From the IMG/VR virus record IMGVR_UViG_3300008117_000088, positions 32,031-96,030 of that record: a stretch of DNA of 64,000 nucleotides. The stretch is one strand, 5' to 3'. The stretch comes from a virus. The translations under genes were made by a program, and so were the position numbers. This document shows, piece after piece, positions 1 to 9,898 of the stretch (the stretch's first letter is position 1; every line of letters begins with the position of its first letter). A model generated the notes under the pieces. That model did not search any database and had not been told where the DNA came from. It was given only the letters and a program-made list of their open reading frames with translations.

Positions 1-1542
1 TATGCCTCCAGCCTCATTTATGCCCTCTCCATCGATTACTGCGCTTGCTACAGCATTCTTATGCTGAAGCATGTCGTGTTGTCTAACTTCGATTGAGCCG
101 TCTACCAAAAGATCTTGAATAACTATGCTCGGCCATTTTGATGATGCACGCATGATTCTGCCGTTGCGTTGTGTAGCCCCTCCGGATGACCATGGCAAGT
201 CGTAATTGATGAGGAGGTTAGCAGCCGGTAAATCAACGCCATAACCACCAGCGTCTGAAGACACAAGGACACGAATACCAGGATCAGTGTTGAAAGCAAT
301 TTTGTTGTCCTCCTTGGTTTTAGCATCTAGTTTACCTGTGTAAGTTTTTACTCCGTATTCTGAAAGCGCCTCAGATATTTTATCTACCATGTCTACATAC
401 GTGGCAAAAACAACTAATTTGTTTTCGCTGTCCTGTTCCAAAAAGTCTTTGGCGTACTGGATTAATAGTTTTAGTTTAGGAGAGGTATCAACTCCATCTA
501 AATAACCGCCTTCTACCAGGTTATTAGCGTAAGAAGAACCTTCTCCCGAAGAAGTTAAAAACTTAGTGGCACTAGTGCGAAGTAAATCTGGGTGTGAACA
601 AAGCATCTTCAATGCCCCAACTTTAGCCATAATCTTTCCGCGCCACTCATTTTCAGCAGTATTTCCAGAAGACCCTTGCATCCCGTAATGAGCAAAGATA
701 TTAAAGTTTTTACCAAATAAAGCAGTTGCTTCTTCTAAGTCATCTAGTAAATCGCTTTTTATCTTTTCGTAAAGCTTGGCTCCTCTTCTATCGAGCGAGA
801 TGAGAATTGGTTCATTATGTATGGAATCTGGTAGGTGAGGCGCAACGTCTGGATCTTTTTGTGACTTTCTAACACTTGCTTCCTTAAGACGCTCATGAAG
901 AGTAGGCAAATTACGATAACGCTGAACTCCACCCCAATTATTACGAACAATAAATGCTGAGTCAAAGATGTCAAACCTTCCTAGAACGGAATCGTCTACA
1001 AACTGCATGATGCTAAATAACTCTTCTGGTTTTCCGTTCTCTATAGGGGTACCAGTTAGAGCAAACTTAAAGGGCGCGTTAGACATTCGTTTAACGGCTT
1101 TAGATCTTTTTGATCTAAATGATTTGATAGCGGTGGCTTCGTCACAGACAATAAATCCTCTAGGCAATTTTTTTACAAATGCCCAATCGTTTACTACCTG
1201 CTCATAGTTCATGATTACATAATCTACTTTTGTTTCACGCCAGTTATACGCTGATTCGTACTGTTCCTGACGTTTCTTTGGGGTACCGTCTATGACTAAT
1301 GCTTTAGACGTACCGTTAGTAAATTTTTCTATTTGATTAGCCCATTGATATTTAAGGCTGGATAAACAAATGACCATCCCAGGTTCAGTTATTTCTCCTG
1401 AATCCATCAATTGTTCTACCGCTGCAATAGTAAGAACGGTTTTACCTAGCCCAAGATCATAGGCAACAAGAACCTTATGGCGGTCAGTCATTTTCTCAAC
1501 CGCCTCAGGTTGATAAGGTAAAAGCGTCCCCGTAAATGTCAT
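1..1542 (-). CDS. SNF2-family DEAD/H-box helicase (3' end beyond window)
   Basis: Not in ORF track because it has no stop in the window. Read by hand from ATG 1542: MTFTGTLLPYQ..DLGLGKT (Walker A), VCDEA (Walker B), LTGTPIEN, GGYGVDL, YDLPWS..QRNGRI; ATGA overlap with upstream gene. Confidence 0.93.
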   Translation of the reverse strand, partial: MTFTGTLLPYQPEAVEKMTDRHKVLVAYDLGLGKTVLTIAAVEQLMDSGEITEPGMVICLSSLKYQWANQIEKFTNGTSKALVIDGTPKKRQEQYESAYNWRETKVDYVIMNYEQVVNDWAFVKKLPRGFIVCDEATAIKSFRSKRSKAVKRMSNAPFKFALTGTPIENGKPEELFSIMQFVDDSVLGRFDIFDSAFIVRNNWGGVQRYRNLPTLHERLKEASVRKSQKDPDVAPHLPDSIHNEPILISLDRRGAKLYEKIKSDLLDDLEEATALFGKNFNIFAHYGMQGSSGNTAENEWRGKIMAKVGALKMLCSHPDLLRTSATKFLTSSGEGSSYANNLVEGGYLDGVDTSPKLKLLIQYAKDFLEQDSENKLVVFATYVDMVDKISEALSEYGVKTYTGKLDAKTKEDNKIAFNTDPGIRVLVSSDAGGYGVDLPAANLLINYDLPWSSGGATQRNGRIMRASSKWPSIVIQDLLVDGSIEVRQHDMLQHKNAVASAVIDGEGINEAGGI

Positions 1543-2090
1543 CGATTGACGTTAGCACCGTTGTATAGGTAGGAGTTTATTCCTTTTTTAGCCATAAACT
1601 GAAGTTTGCTTAACGGACCATCGTTATCAATAACGTAATCAAACGGGTACATATCCATTGCAACTTCAGATGCATGTTTATTTATTGGAGCAACCCCCCA
1701 ACGATTAATGCGCCAAACAGCACCGGCTAAATCTCGTATGTAATCAGCTTCGTTTGGAAACCTAACATCAGAAATAACATAATCTTCTGATGGGTCTGCT
1801 CCAGCAAATGCTTGCTCGACCCAGAAGTCTTCGCCAAACATAATGCGAGCGGCCATGCCGGTTTCTTGTAGAAGTCTACGAACTTCTTCTTTTGATTTAG
1901 CAACTTCCCAACCATACATTTGAACAACATCTTGTAACCTAAGTTGACCTTCAATGATTGGGTTAATTTTTAATGTGAACTCTTTAATTGGATCTGCAAA
2001 CGCAAGTCGTTTAAACCCATGCTCTTCTACTAAAAAAGAAGCAACCGTATCTTTACCGCTACGGGCATACCCAGATATTCCAATAATCAC
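1539..2090 (-). CDS. deoxynucleoside monophosphate kinase (T4 gp1-like)
   Basis: IIGISGYARSGKDT P-loop, AFADPIK, RRLLQ..G, ISDVRFPNE, HASE motifs. Confidence 0.9.
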   Translation of the reverse strand: MIIGISGYARSGKDTVASFLVEEHGFKRLAFADPIKEFTLKINPIIEGQLRLQDVVQMYGWEVAKSKEEVRRLLQETGMAARIMFGEDFWVEQAFAGADPSEDYVISDVRFPNEADYIRDLAGAVWRINRWGVAPINKHASEVAMDMYPFDYVIDNDGPLSKLQFMAKKGINSYLYNGANVNR

Positions 2091-3016
2091 GCTAAGCTCC
2101 TATCTCCGTATAAACAATGTTTTGCTCGATCAAGACCCTGGAGGATCTCGTTCTTGCTCATAGCGCCTATATCTTTCACGTCTACGTGAGAATAGTCAAA
2201 AAGCCAAAACTCCATCCACAGGTCTCGCGCTTTATTGACCAGGTCTAATGAGGTTGCTTTGCCAGCCTCATCATTATCCATAGCAAGAATCACTCGATTA
2301 GCTCCCTTAATAAGCGCAAGTTGGTCCATGGAAACTGAGGTTCCAAAAGTTGCTACGCCACCCGACACCCCAACAGAATCTAGCCTTAATACATCTAACG
2401 GCGACTCAACAACAACCATGGTTCCACCTGTGTATTGGTGATACCCAAATAAAGATTTACTCTTTTGCATGCCTGCTGGGTAATTTCTAAAAAATCTTCC
2501 CCTAACACTTTTTTCTTGCCATCCCAATAATTTTCCAAAAACATCTCGTATTGGAATAATCCATAAGTCTTTTCTGTAATCGTACAAAACTCCATACTTA
2601 ATTGCGGAGTCTGTTGTTATTCCACGACTAAGTAATATCTCCTTTGGTGGAGTGGTGTAAGCAGCCAAGTTTGCTTCTGTTATATCAATCTCTGGTTTCT
2701 CAACAACTTTCTTAGGAGCTAGGGCACGCTCTAAACGTTTAGCAAGATCGCTAGTGGTTGTCTTTACCCACTCTCCAGCTTCTTCCATAGGAATGCCATT
2801 CATGTAAGAAACTAAATACTGAAGGCTTCCTCGAAAGCCACAAGAAAAACAATTGTGTGCTCCGGTATCAGAATTAATAGACCAAGAGGGATTGTTATCG
2901 GGCTTTCCTGTTCTATCTAAATGCCCAGGGCAAAGCGCTTTTACTTCAGAACCGCGAGCGCCGTATGTCTCAATACCGAGACCATGTAAAAAATCTTCCA
3001 TCTCTTCTGGTGTCAT
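2087..3016 (-). CDS. DNA primase (Zn finger + TOPRIM)
   Basis: CPGH..CFSC zinc finger; VVESPLD and MDNDEAG TOPRIM motifs; adjacent to DnaB. Confidence 0.9.
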   Translation of the reverse strand: MTPEEMEDFLHGLGIETYGARGSEVKALCPGHLDRTGKPDNNPSWSINSDTGAHNCFSCGFRGSLQYLVSYMNGIPMEEAGEWVKTTTSDLAKRLERALAPKKVVEKPEIDITEANLAAYTTPPKEILLSRGITTDSAIKYGVLYDYRKDLWIIPIRDVFGKLLGWQEKSVRGRFFRNYPAGMQKSKSLFGYHQYTGGTMVVVESPLDVLRLDSVGVSGGVATFGTSVSMDQLALIKGANRVILAMDNDEAGKATSLDLVNKARDLWMEFWLFDYSHVDVKDIGAMSKNEILQGLDRAKHCLYGDRSLA

Positions 3017-4257
3017 AGGTCTTCACCTGACATCTCACGAAATGTTCCAGAGTCCCAACCCCAAGCAAGGAATGTAGATCCTGGACCAGAATTACGGCTG
3101 GCAAGAATGGAAAGAATGCGAGTTTCATCAACACTATCTTCAGGTTTTTCTAGACCGAAAATAACGTCTGCATCTTGATAGAAAGATGATGAGTAACCAA
3201 TAGAGTTAGCGGTTAGTCGCCCGCCTTTGCCTTTCTTCCAATCAAGAGACTGAGTAGTTATAACAATAGGAAGACTGTACTTCTGCGCCAATCTTTTAAA
3301 TCCACGAGTTAAGTTAGTTAAAGCTTGTGGGGTGTTAGATTCTCCAGTCTGCTCATCAATCATCAAATACATACCGTCAATAAAAAGAATTCCAGGTTGA
3401 TGTGTTTGTAGTTTTGCAGCTACCTGAGAAAGAGTGGCTCCTGAAGATTGATCAACCAACCAAAACTTGTTTTTGTCTTCTCTCATTCGTTCAATAACTA
3501 GGCGAGAATATCTAAGTTCTTCGTCAGGTGTAAGTGTTCCTGTGATTAAACGCTGGTGTGAAACTCTTGCTCTCATTGCATCGTAACGATCTTCTTGCTC
3601 TCTGTTACTCATCTCAAACGAATAGAACATAGGCGTTACATCCGAGTTTACGTGGATGTTAATGGCAATTTGCATAGCAACAGTTGATTTACCTGTTTTA
3701 GGGGTAGCGGTAATAACAATCAATTGTTCTGGTTGAAGACCGTTAGTTACTTTATCAATAGTAGGAAAACCTGTAGGTAGCCCAAGCAAACCGTCTGGTA
3801 TTTCTTTACGGCGTTGATACCGTTCCCAACGTCTATCTAGTTCCGGCTCTTGCGTAATATCTACGTCGTTGCTTTTAGAAAAACCTTGATCGTCCATTTG
3901 GACAATACCGGCTTCAAGAACTCTAACAGCAGCTTCGTGGTCGTTTTCCCTATCTAACTTCTCGATAGCGTCTCTAAGAATATTGGCAGTAGTTATTCTG
4001 CGACGCGAAGAAACTAACGAATCAAGAATGTAATCAATAGAATCAGTTACTGGAGCAAGTTCAAAAGAAGGGTAATTTTCTTTAACAACTTCTAGGCTGG
4101 GGCATTCGCCATATCTGCTGTGGTGTTCTCTTAAAAACACCCAAATCTTTTTATCGTTTTCATCTGAGAACCAAGATTGATTAACCTGACGATCAAATAA
4201 AGGTACAAGGTCACGACTTTCAATCGCCTTACTTAATAAACGTTTTTCGTTATTCAT
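3013..4257 (-). CDS. dnaB: DnaB-like replicative helicase
   Basis: GLPTGFPTID, ATPKTGKS Walker A, FEMS, FIDGMYL, YQDADVIFGL, SRN. Confidence 0.92.
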   Translation of the reverse strand: MNNEKRLLSKAIESRDLVPLFDRQVNQSWFSDENDKKIWVFLREHHSRYGECPSLEVVKENYPSFELAPVTDSIDYILDSLVSSRRRITTANILRDAIEKLDRENDHEAAVRVLEAGIVQMDDQGFSKSNDVDITQEPELDRRWERYQRRKEIPDGLLGLPTGFPTIDKVTNGLQPEQLIVITATPKTGKSTVAMQIAINIHVNSDVTPMFYSFEMSNREQEDRYDAMRARVSHQRLITGTLTPDEELRYSRLVIERMREDKNKFWLVDQSSGATLSQVAAKLQTHQPGILFIDGMYLMIDEQTGESNTPQALTNLTRGFKRLAQKYSLPIVITTQSLDWKKGKGGRLTANSIGYSSSFYQDADVIFGLEKPEDSVDETRILSILASRNSGPGSTFLAWGWDSGTFREMSGEDL

Positions 4258-4664
4258 AACCTCGTTATATCCATTCCCCAGTGCCCGTACCGTAACAGAC
4301 GGCTTGGCATGTCTATGACACCCAAAAGTTCCGGTCTATACGGAAGTTGGCTAACCAAATCTTCCACAGATGTGTAAGCAACGCAATACCTGAAAGGATT
4401 GGTTCCGTACTCATCTAACGTATCAAACAATTTTTGCAGTTCTTCTTGTGACAAGTCAAATGAGGCTAGTTCTATCGTGTAAGGAACTTGCATTCCCCAC
4501 AAGTACAACTTGCTTAAGACTTCTTTTTTAAAAGAAACTTTTTTGCGCGTCTGTTTAAATAATTTATATTTGCGTGGAAGTTTTTCATACTCCAGCAAAA
4601 CAAAAACGTTAGTAGTAACAATTACACGCTTAGGTATATCGTTACTGATATCCCCAAACTGCAT
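4254..4664 (-). CDS. hypothetical protein (replication module)
   Basis: Tightly packed ORF with ATGA overlap; no recognised motif. Confidence 0.7.
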   Translation of the reverse strand: MQFGDISNDIPKRVIVTTNVFVLLEYEKLPRKYKLFKQTRKKVSFKKEVLSKLYLWGMQVPYTIELASFDLSQEELQKLFDTLDEYGTNPFRYCVAYTSVEDLVSQLPYRPELLGVIDMPSRLLRYGHWGMDITRL

Positions 4665-4973
4665 TTAAAAAACTTCTATCTTTGCAAAACGAATTACAAA
4701 GTCTCTAAATGCTTCTGGAGAAGACTCGGCTACCTTTGCGTCTGTAGGGGTGGCGGACTTTAGTATCTCTAACGGATAAGTTCCACCATTTGACTCAATA
4801 CGAGCTTTTACAAATCGAGTGTGCTTGCAAGTTGACCGTCCGTTAAAACCTGGACAGGTGCAGTACAACTTTCCGTTATTACTGCTAACTTCAAAGATGC
4901 AAGGACCGGGGCTGGCAGCAGGACTTAAGAAGATCTGTATAAGTCGGCTCTGCTCCACTGATGACTCCATCAT
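4665..4973 (-). CDS. SWIM zinc-finger protein
   Basis: YCTCPGF..TCKH (CxC-Xn-CxH). Confidence 0.75.
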   Translation of the reverse strand: MMESSVEQSRLIQIFLSPAASPGPCIFEVSSNNGKLYCTCPGFNGRSTCKHTRFVKARIESNGGTYPLEILKSATPTDAKVAESSPEAFRDFVIRFAKIEVF

Positions 4974-5653
4974 ATTCGTCTGAGGTCTCCCTTCTCCGAT
5001 TTTAGTTCAATATTGGCAAATGCTTCATGGGTAAAGCTACCTGTGGCTTCACCGTACCATTCAGGCCACTTTTCTTGCAAAATATTAGAAGTTACGATGG
5101 TAGGAAGCCCTCTGTTAAAACGGCTTCTCAATACGTGATGCAATAAATTCTTATTCCATCCGCTTCCACTTGGATGCTCACGCCCAACATCATCTAAAAC
5201 CAAAATCTTTATATTTCGGTACTCATCTTTGTGCTCTCCCATAATGCCTGCAAAAAGGTTTTGAGTAGATTCATCTACGTACTCTTCCATGGTTAAACCC
5301 TTTAGATCTACCAAAGATGCGTAAGTTATAAAGTAGCAGGGGCGTGCGTCGTTTAAAGAAAAAACGTCTTGTGAGAAAGTACGCATAGCCTCTTGAATAA
5401 TTGAAGCTGCTAAAGTTGTTTTGCCGTTACCTGGACTTCCGTAAAACGCTAAACCCTTACCGCAAGTTCTTTCTCCAATAGCATCAATAATTTTTCCTGA
5501 CTGAACCTTATGAAGCCAGCCTTTTACAATGCTTAAAGTGTTTTCCGAAACTTCCAAACAATCAGATAATTCCCAACCAATTAAATGAGACGGCAAACCT
5601 GCAGACCTAATCCAAGTATTTCTACGAAGTTTTAAATCGTTTACGTTAAACAA
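4970..5653 (-). CDS. DnaC/IstB-like ATPase (helicase loader)
   Basis: GSPGNGKTT Walker A, LVLDDVGRE Walker B, LPTIVTSN. Confidence 0.88.
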   Translation of the reverse strand: MFNVNDLKLRRNTWIRSAGLPSHLIGWELSDCLEVSENTLSIVKGWLHKVQSGKIIDAIGERTCGKGLAFYGSPGNGKTTLAASIIQEAMRTFSQDVFSLNDARPCYFITYASLVDLKGLTMEEYVDESTQNLFAGIMGEHKDEYRNIKILVLDDVGREHPSGSGWNKNLLHHVLRSRFNRGLPTIVTSNILQEKWPEWYGEATGSFTHEAFANIELKSEKGDLRRI

Positions 5654-6569
5654 TGTTTCCGAACTCCCTCATCGCTCTAGCCATTGATTCCTCTGCAACC
5701 TTCTGAGTCTCCTCAGTAACTTGGGACATCTTAACCTCACCAATCAAGGATGCAAACCGACTTATGTAAAGTCTCCAAAGAACCTCAGCGTCTTTGTAAT
5801 CTTTTATGTTTATCTGGCGAAAGAATATATCCATAACAGCAACTTCTAGTTCGCCGTTAGTGCCAAGACGACTACGTAATCCAGCAAGTGCCCCAGAGAA
5901 CTGGCTTTGATTTACTTTCCAAGGTTCGATATGGAAGTGCTGGTCGATGCGATCAGCAAACTCATAACAAACGTCAACCACTCGCCAATCTTCCATCAGG
6001 TTACGCTCTCTAAAAGTCTTGCGTTCACCTTGAAGCTCTCGCCTAGCCTTAGTCTGGTCAGATTTTCTTTTATCGCTGGCCGCCTTTGACTCAGCCTTTT
6101 TAACTTTCTGGTCCTTAACCAGCTCTTCCTTAAGTTCGGCGGTCGGATCGGACGTCGAATCAAATAATCCTCCCCATCCCATATCGCTCACCTCGATTTC
6201 CATAGTCTTGAACTCTTCCTTTGGCTCCGCCAAAGAATGTTTATTACTTATAACAGTAGAATATTTATTATTCTGCTTTATTAGCCTATTCCGTGTAATA
6301 GCAGTCGCATTATGTGACTCCACAAAACGTGGAATCCCAAACATAGACCGCTCTGCTTTTTTGGTTAGTTTAGACGCTGTCACAATTCGGTTTTCAACTC
6401 TAAGCAGGTTTGTTTTTATGTAGTTGTTTTCACGCAACTCTTTCAAACCGCTTAGCGCTGCTCTACGTCCAACGCCAAAGTGATCCATCATGGACTCAGC
6501 TGAGATATTTAACCCATGCTGGTAGATGGCTACCAAAAAGCCGTATGCCTTGGCTGAAATGTCTTTCAC
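5646..6569 (-). CDS. putative replication initiator (N-terminal HTH)
   Basis: ISAKAYG..FGVGRRAALSGLKELRENNYI winged-HTH; directly upstream of DnaC-like loader; AT-rich internal linker. Confidence 0.65.
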   Translation of the reverse strand: MKDISAKAYGFLVAIYQHGLNISAESMMDHFGVGRRAALSGLKELRENNYIKTNLLRVENRIVTASKLTKKAERSMFGIPRFVESHNATAITRNRLIKQNNKYSTVISNKHSLAEPKEEFKTMEIEVSDMGWGGLFDSTSDPTAELKEELVKDQKVKKAESKAASDKRKSDQTKARRELQGERKTFRERNLMEDWRVVDVCYEFADRIDQHFHIEPWKVNQSQFSGALAGLRSRLGTNGELEVAVMDIFFRQINIKDYKDAEVLWRLYISRFASLIGEVKMSQVTEETQKVAEESMARAMREFGNIV

Positions 6570-7123
6570 TTAATGACCCCTGAGTCCCTTAACTGGGCGA
6601 GGACGATATCAGCAACCTTGACCGCAATGCGAGAGGCTAGGTCGTCTTCCTCAATAACCACCTTTGGGGCTTCTGGGGCGTTTAGAGACGGTGTAATGGC
6701 ATTCCCAGCCGATATCTCTACCAAACCTAGGCAAAGGTCGTAGCAGGGCACAGAAGCCGTTTTAAGGGCTGTTTGTAGTGCGACCGTGTTCGAGTCTTCC
6801 TCAGTCCAAAGCAAAAAGGCTACAGAGCCGTTTTCAGCGGTTCCAGCCAGTTCTACCGTAGCCTGTATTGGATCCGACGAATGGTGCAAATCGGACGTAT
6901 TGAGTCCAATCAACAAAGCGTTCTCTGGAGCAACCACCAAGCTAGGTATCCCTAAGTCATGGGCTAATTGATGAGCCCATATCTGACCCTGACTTGGTCT
7001 ATCGTAAAACGGAAGAACTAATCTGAAGTCCTTGCCATTGCCTCGAAAATAGTCTTCTAAAAGGGCTTCTACGTTTACCCGTGTAGTTTCTTTGTTTCCA
7101 GCAACTATTAAAAATGATCCCAT
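6566..7123 (-). CDS. hypothetical protein
   Basis: AGGAGG RBS upstream; first gene of the replication operon. Confidence 0.7.
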   Translation of the reverse strand: MGSFLIVAGNKETTRVNVEALLEDYFRGNGKDFRLVLPFYDRPSQGQIWAHQLAHDLGIPSLVVAPENALLIGLNTSDLHHSSDPIQATVELAGTAENGSVAFLLWTEEDSNTVALQTALKTASVPCYDLCLGLVEISAGNAITPSLNAPEAPKVVIEEDDLASRIAVKVADIVLAQLRDSGVIK

Positions 7124-7170
7124 GTGATCCTCCTAGGCGGTGGATACTACACAGACTTTTTAACCGGCGT

Positions 7171-9411
7171 CTACTCCTCGGGTTGAGCCAGCCTAATTAC
7201 GAAAGGAGTTCCGTGAACTAGGTAGTTAGGTAATTGAGCAATTAAGCGTAGTTGAGTAGCAACTCTGTTCTTGTAGTAGTGAGATCTAGACTCGTAGGGG
7301 CTACTCTCCCACACAAGGTCTGAAGTTGAGCTGAATCCTGTGCTTCCATCAAAATATGGTTTTGCAATTGTTGAGCGCTCAAACATACAACTGTCTAAAT
7401 GGATAATTTGTCCGTTAAGAGGGTTATCCCAAACAAATTTAATTTTGGCGTAAGCCGCGTTTGTTGGGGAAAGCGCAGAATATGAGTTTCTAACAAAATC
7501 AAGTTTTAAATCTTGAACATATGTTCCTGGATTAACTTCCGTTAAATCAATGTCAGGTCCCGCTGCAACCACTTGAAAGAACCTTCCAGAAACAAATTGA
7601 ACTTCATATTCTCCATCCAAAGAAGGATCATCAAAGTCTAAAAGACGAACGTCTTGACCAGCAACGAGACTTGTTGTTTCTGATGTATATACCGTCAAAA
7701 TACCTTGAGTTCTGTAGTACTCAGTTACATTATAGAACTCGGTTAAGTTTTTAGCGGAATCAGTGCTTGTAGAAATAAGAGTTTGGTTAGAGTCATACCA
7801 AGAAATAACCCAGTTACCTAAACGATCTTCTGCTCTATCTCCTGTAAAACCTGTTCTTATGTAACCACTTGCGCTGTACCAAAATCCTGAAGACACAGGC
7901 ATAAATCTGTTATAAGAAACTTCAACTACGTCATTTGTCGTAGAAGTTAATGCTAAAGAATACGCGCTATTTCTATCCGTATCTTTAATTGTATTTGTTC
8001 TAGTCCCAGTTGCGCCGGTAACAACCCAAGGAGTTATTGTTGTGTCAAACCCAGGGTTTTCAAGTTCGTTGACTCTTGTGGCTTTTAAAGTAATGTTAAT
8101 TCCTCTAGCCTCTTCAAAATCTGTAACGCCAATTGAGCTTTCTTCTACTTGAGCTGCGTCAAAGTAATGAACTTCACTAGCTGCAGATCCTTGAATTCGA
8201 ATTGTTGGAACCATAAAAAAGCAATCAACGGGCGCCGTGTCGGTCACTGAACCACGAGTCCAACCACCGGCTGAATTTGTCCAGTTAGTTTCGCCAGCAC
8301 GAGACAGTTCTTGTCCGTATAGATTAAACCAACGTATATCTAAGTAAATGCCTCTTGTTGTTGAGGCTGCTCTTGAGTAAATAGAGAACGTATAAACAAA
8401 ACCTTCTTTTACAGGTATGCCACGTGTTTTAGGTGCGCTAAGTCCGCAAGCAAACTCTGCGTCACCACCAGAACCACAGGTAACTCTTAGAGCACCAGTA
8501 GCTTTGTTTGGGAAAAGGGAAGGTAATGTAGACTCTACGTACGGAGCAACTACTGCATTGTTAACTCTATCAAGAGTTGCTCTAGCAATTGATGCCCAAC
8601 GACCAACAGACTCTTCAAAAGAAGAATCATTGTAATCAAGCATGATGTTTTTGCTTGGTGTAGTTATTTGATCGTATCCAGTAAAAGCTTTAATAAAATT
8701 TTCAATACCCTCTAAACTACCTTTTGATTTGTCAATATAAGCAACGTTACGCAAAAGAATACGTGACTGTTGTAATCCAAGTTCTGGCTCAAAAGCCAAA
8801 CCAAATTGTTGCATCATTACAGGAATGATTGGGGCGTACGCTACTGAGGTATCGTATGTTTGACGAACAAGGTCTGCGTTAGTCTTGTACAAGTCTAAAG
8901 CAACAGCAAAAATTCTTAAAAAGTCTTCGAGGTCTTCATTTGCCCCAGTATCTGTAATAACCTTTAAGTTATTTGTTCTGTAAATTCCAGGTATGGCGTT
9001 GTATAGATAATCAAAAGTTCCGTAGTCTTTAATAGAAATTGCAAAAGCGTTACCGGCTTTTACCCAAACTTCGTTTTGAGTATCAAAAACAAAAAGACTG
9101 TAGTGATAAGCAATTCCTGGTTTTAAACCAATTTCGTCCGGAATTTGACCAGTGTCATCGTATACACCTACGTCAAAGCTTTTAGGTTCATCGTAAACCA
9201 CAGCACCATCATCCACAGACAAAGGGAATCCATAGGTGTTACGGACTAAACGAATTCTTGACCAGTCTCCAGAAGGAGAGGTCCATTCAAGACGAATTTT
9301 TTGATAGCCGATAGGCGTCGCTGTAAACGGGGATGCGTCAAACTCAACAAAAGAAGTTGAGTCTGATCCGTACGCAACTAAACCGTAGTAATCAACGCCA
9401 TAGCGTGCCAT
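7171..9411 (-). CDS. baseplate wedge/tail protein (P2 gpI-like) with FN3-like and two carbohydrate-binding (CBM4/9-like) domains
   Basis: N-terminal LEWTSP FN3-like; KSKGSLEGIENF gpI-like; NDSSFEE / NPGFDT ... YFDAAQVEE CBM-type repeats; follows baseplate J. Confidence 0.7.
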   Translation of the reverse strand: MARYGVDYYGLVAYGSDSTSFVEFDASPFTATPIGYQKIRLEWTSPSGDWSRIRLVRNTYGFPLSVDDGAVVYDEPKSFDVGVYDDTGQIPDEIGLKPGIAYHYSLFVFDTQNEVWVKAGNAFAISIKDYGTFDYLYNAIPGIYRTNNLKVITDTGANEDLEDFLRIFAVALDLYKTNADLVRQTYDTSVAYAPIIPVMMQQFGLAFEPELGLQQSRILLRNVAYIDKSKGSLEGIENFIKAFTGYDQITTPSKNIMLDYNDSSFEESVGRWASIARATLDRVNNAVVAPYVESTLPSLFPNKATGALRVTCGSGGDAEFACGLSAPKTRGIPVKEGFVYTFSIYSRAASTTRGIYLDIRWFNLYGQELSRAGETNWTNSAGGWTRGSVTDTAPVDCFFMVPTIRIQGSAASEVHYFDAAQVEESSIGVTDFEEARGINITLKATRVNELENPGFDTTITPWVVTGATGTRTNTIKDTDRNSAYSLALTSTTNDVVEVSYNRFMPVSSGFWYSASGYIRTGFTGDRAEDRLGNWVISWYDSNQTLISTSTDSAKNLTEFYNVTEYYRTQGILTVYTSETTSLVAGQDVRLLDFDDPSLDGEYEVQFVSGRFFQVVAAGPDIDLTEVNPGTYVQDLKLDFVRNSYSALSPTNAAYAKIKFVWDNPLNGQIIHLDSCMFERSTIAKPYFDGSTGFSSTSDLVWESSPYESRSHYYKNRVATQLRLIAQLPNYLVHGTPFVIRLAQPEE

Positions 9412-9414
9412 TTA

Positions 9415-9891
9415 TTACGACCCTAAAATGCCAAGAAGTAAAGCGTGGTCTGTTTCTGGCGCTGATACAGATGGGACCGACAATACGCCGCTTGCCGAAA
9501 CGCTTGCTAACAAAGTATTAGACGAGTTACGCCATTCCAATAGATTTGCGCTTTGACTGGCCGCCCCTCTAATAACTAATGCTACGTTGGTAGAAGTTCC
9601 GTTAACGATTGTTTCGTTACCTGTTTTTCTAACATACTGCGTATGCACATCCGCGACAATACCGGTTTCAATATTTGCCAATCTTTGTACAAGAGTGGTG
9701 TATTGAGTCGCTGTTGCTGAAAAAGTTCCTGATGGAGAAGGGGCTGTTGAAAGCGCTGGGTTTAAACCAATTGTGCTCTCAATAGCAACAACTTCTTCTT
9801 GTAATGAATTTGGGTGAGCTGCGTCAATAATGTCAACAACGTTTGTTTTGTTAACAAAGGGACGTACCGCACCTGGATAACTGGCTGCCAT
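9415..9891 (-). CDS. baseplate-associated/short tail fibre protein
   Basis: AAHPNSLQEEVVAIESTIG motif typical of fibre N-termini; position. Confidence 0.6.
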   Translation of the reverse strand: MAASYPGAVRPFVNKTNVVDIIDAAHPNSLQEEVVAIESTIGLNPALSTAPSPSGTFSATATQYTTLVQRLANIETGIVADVHTQYVRKTGNETIVNGTSTNVALVIRGAASQSANLLEWRNSSNTLLASVSASGVLSVPSVSAPETDHALLLGILGS

Positions 9892-9898
9892 ATCTCTC

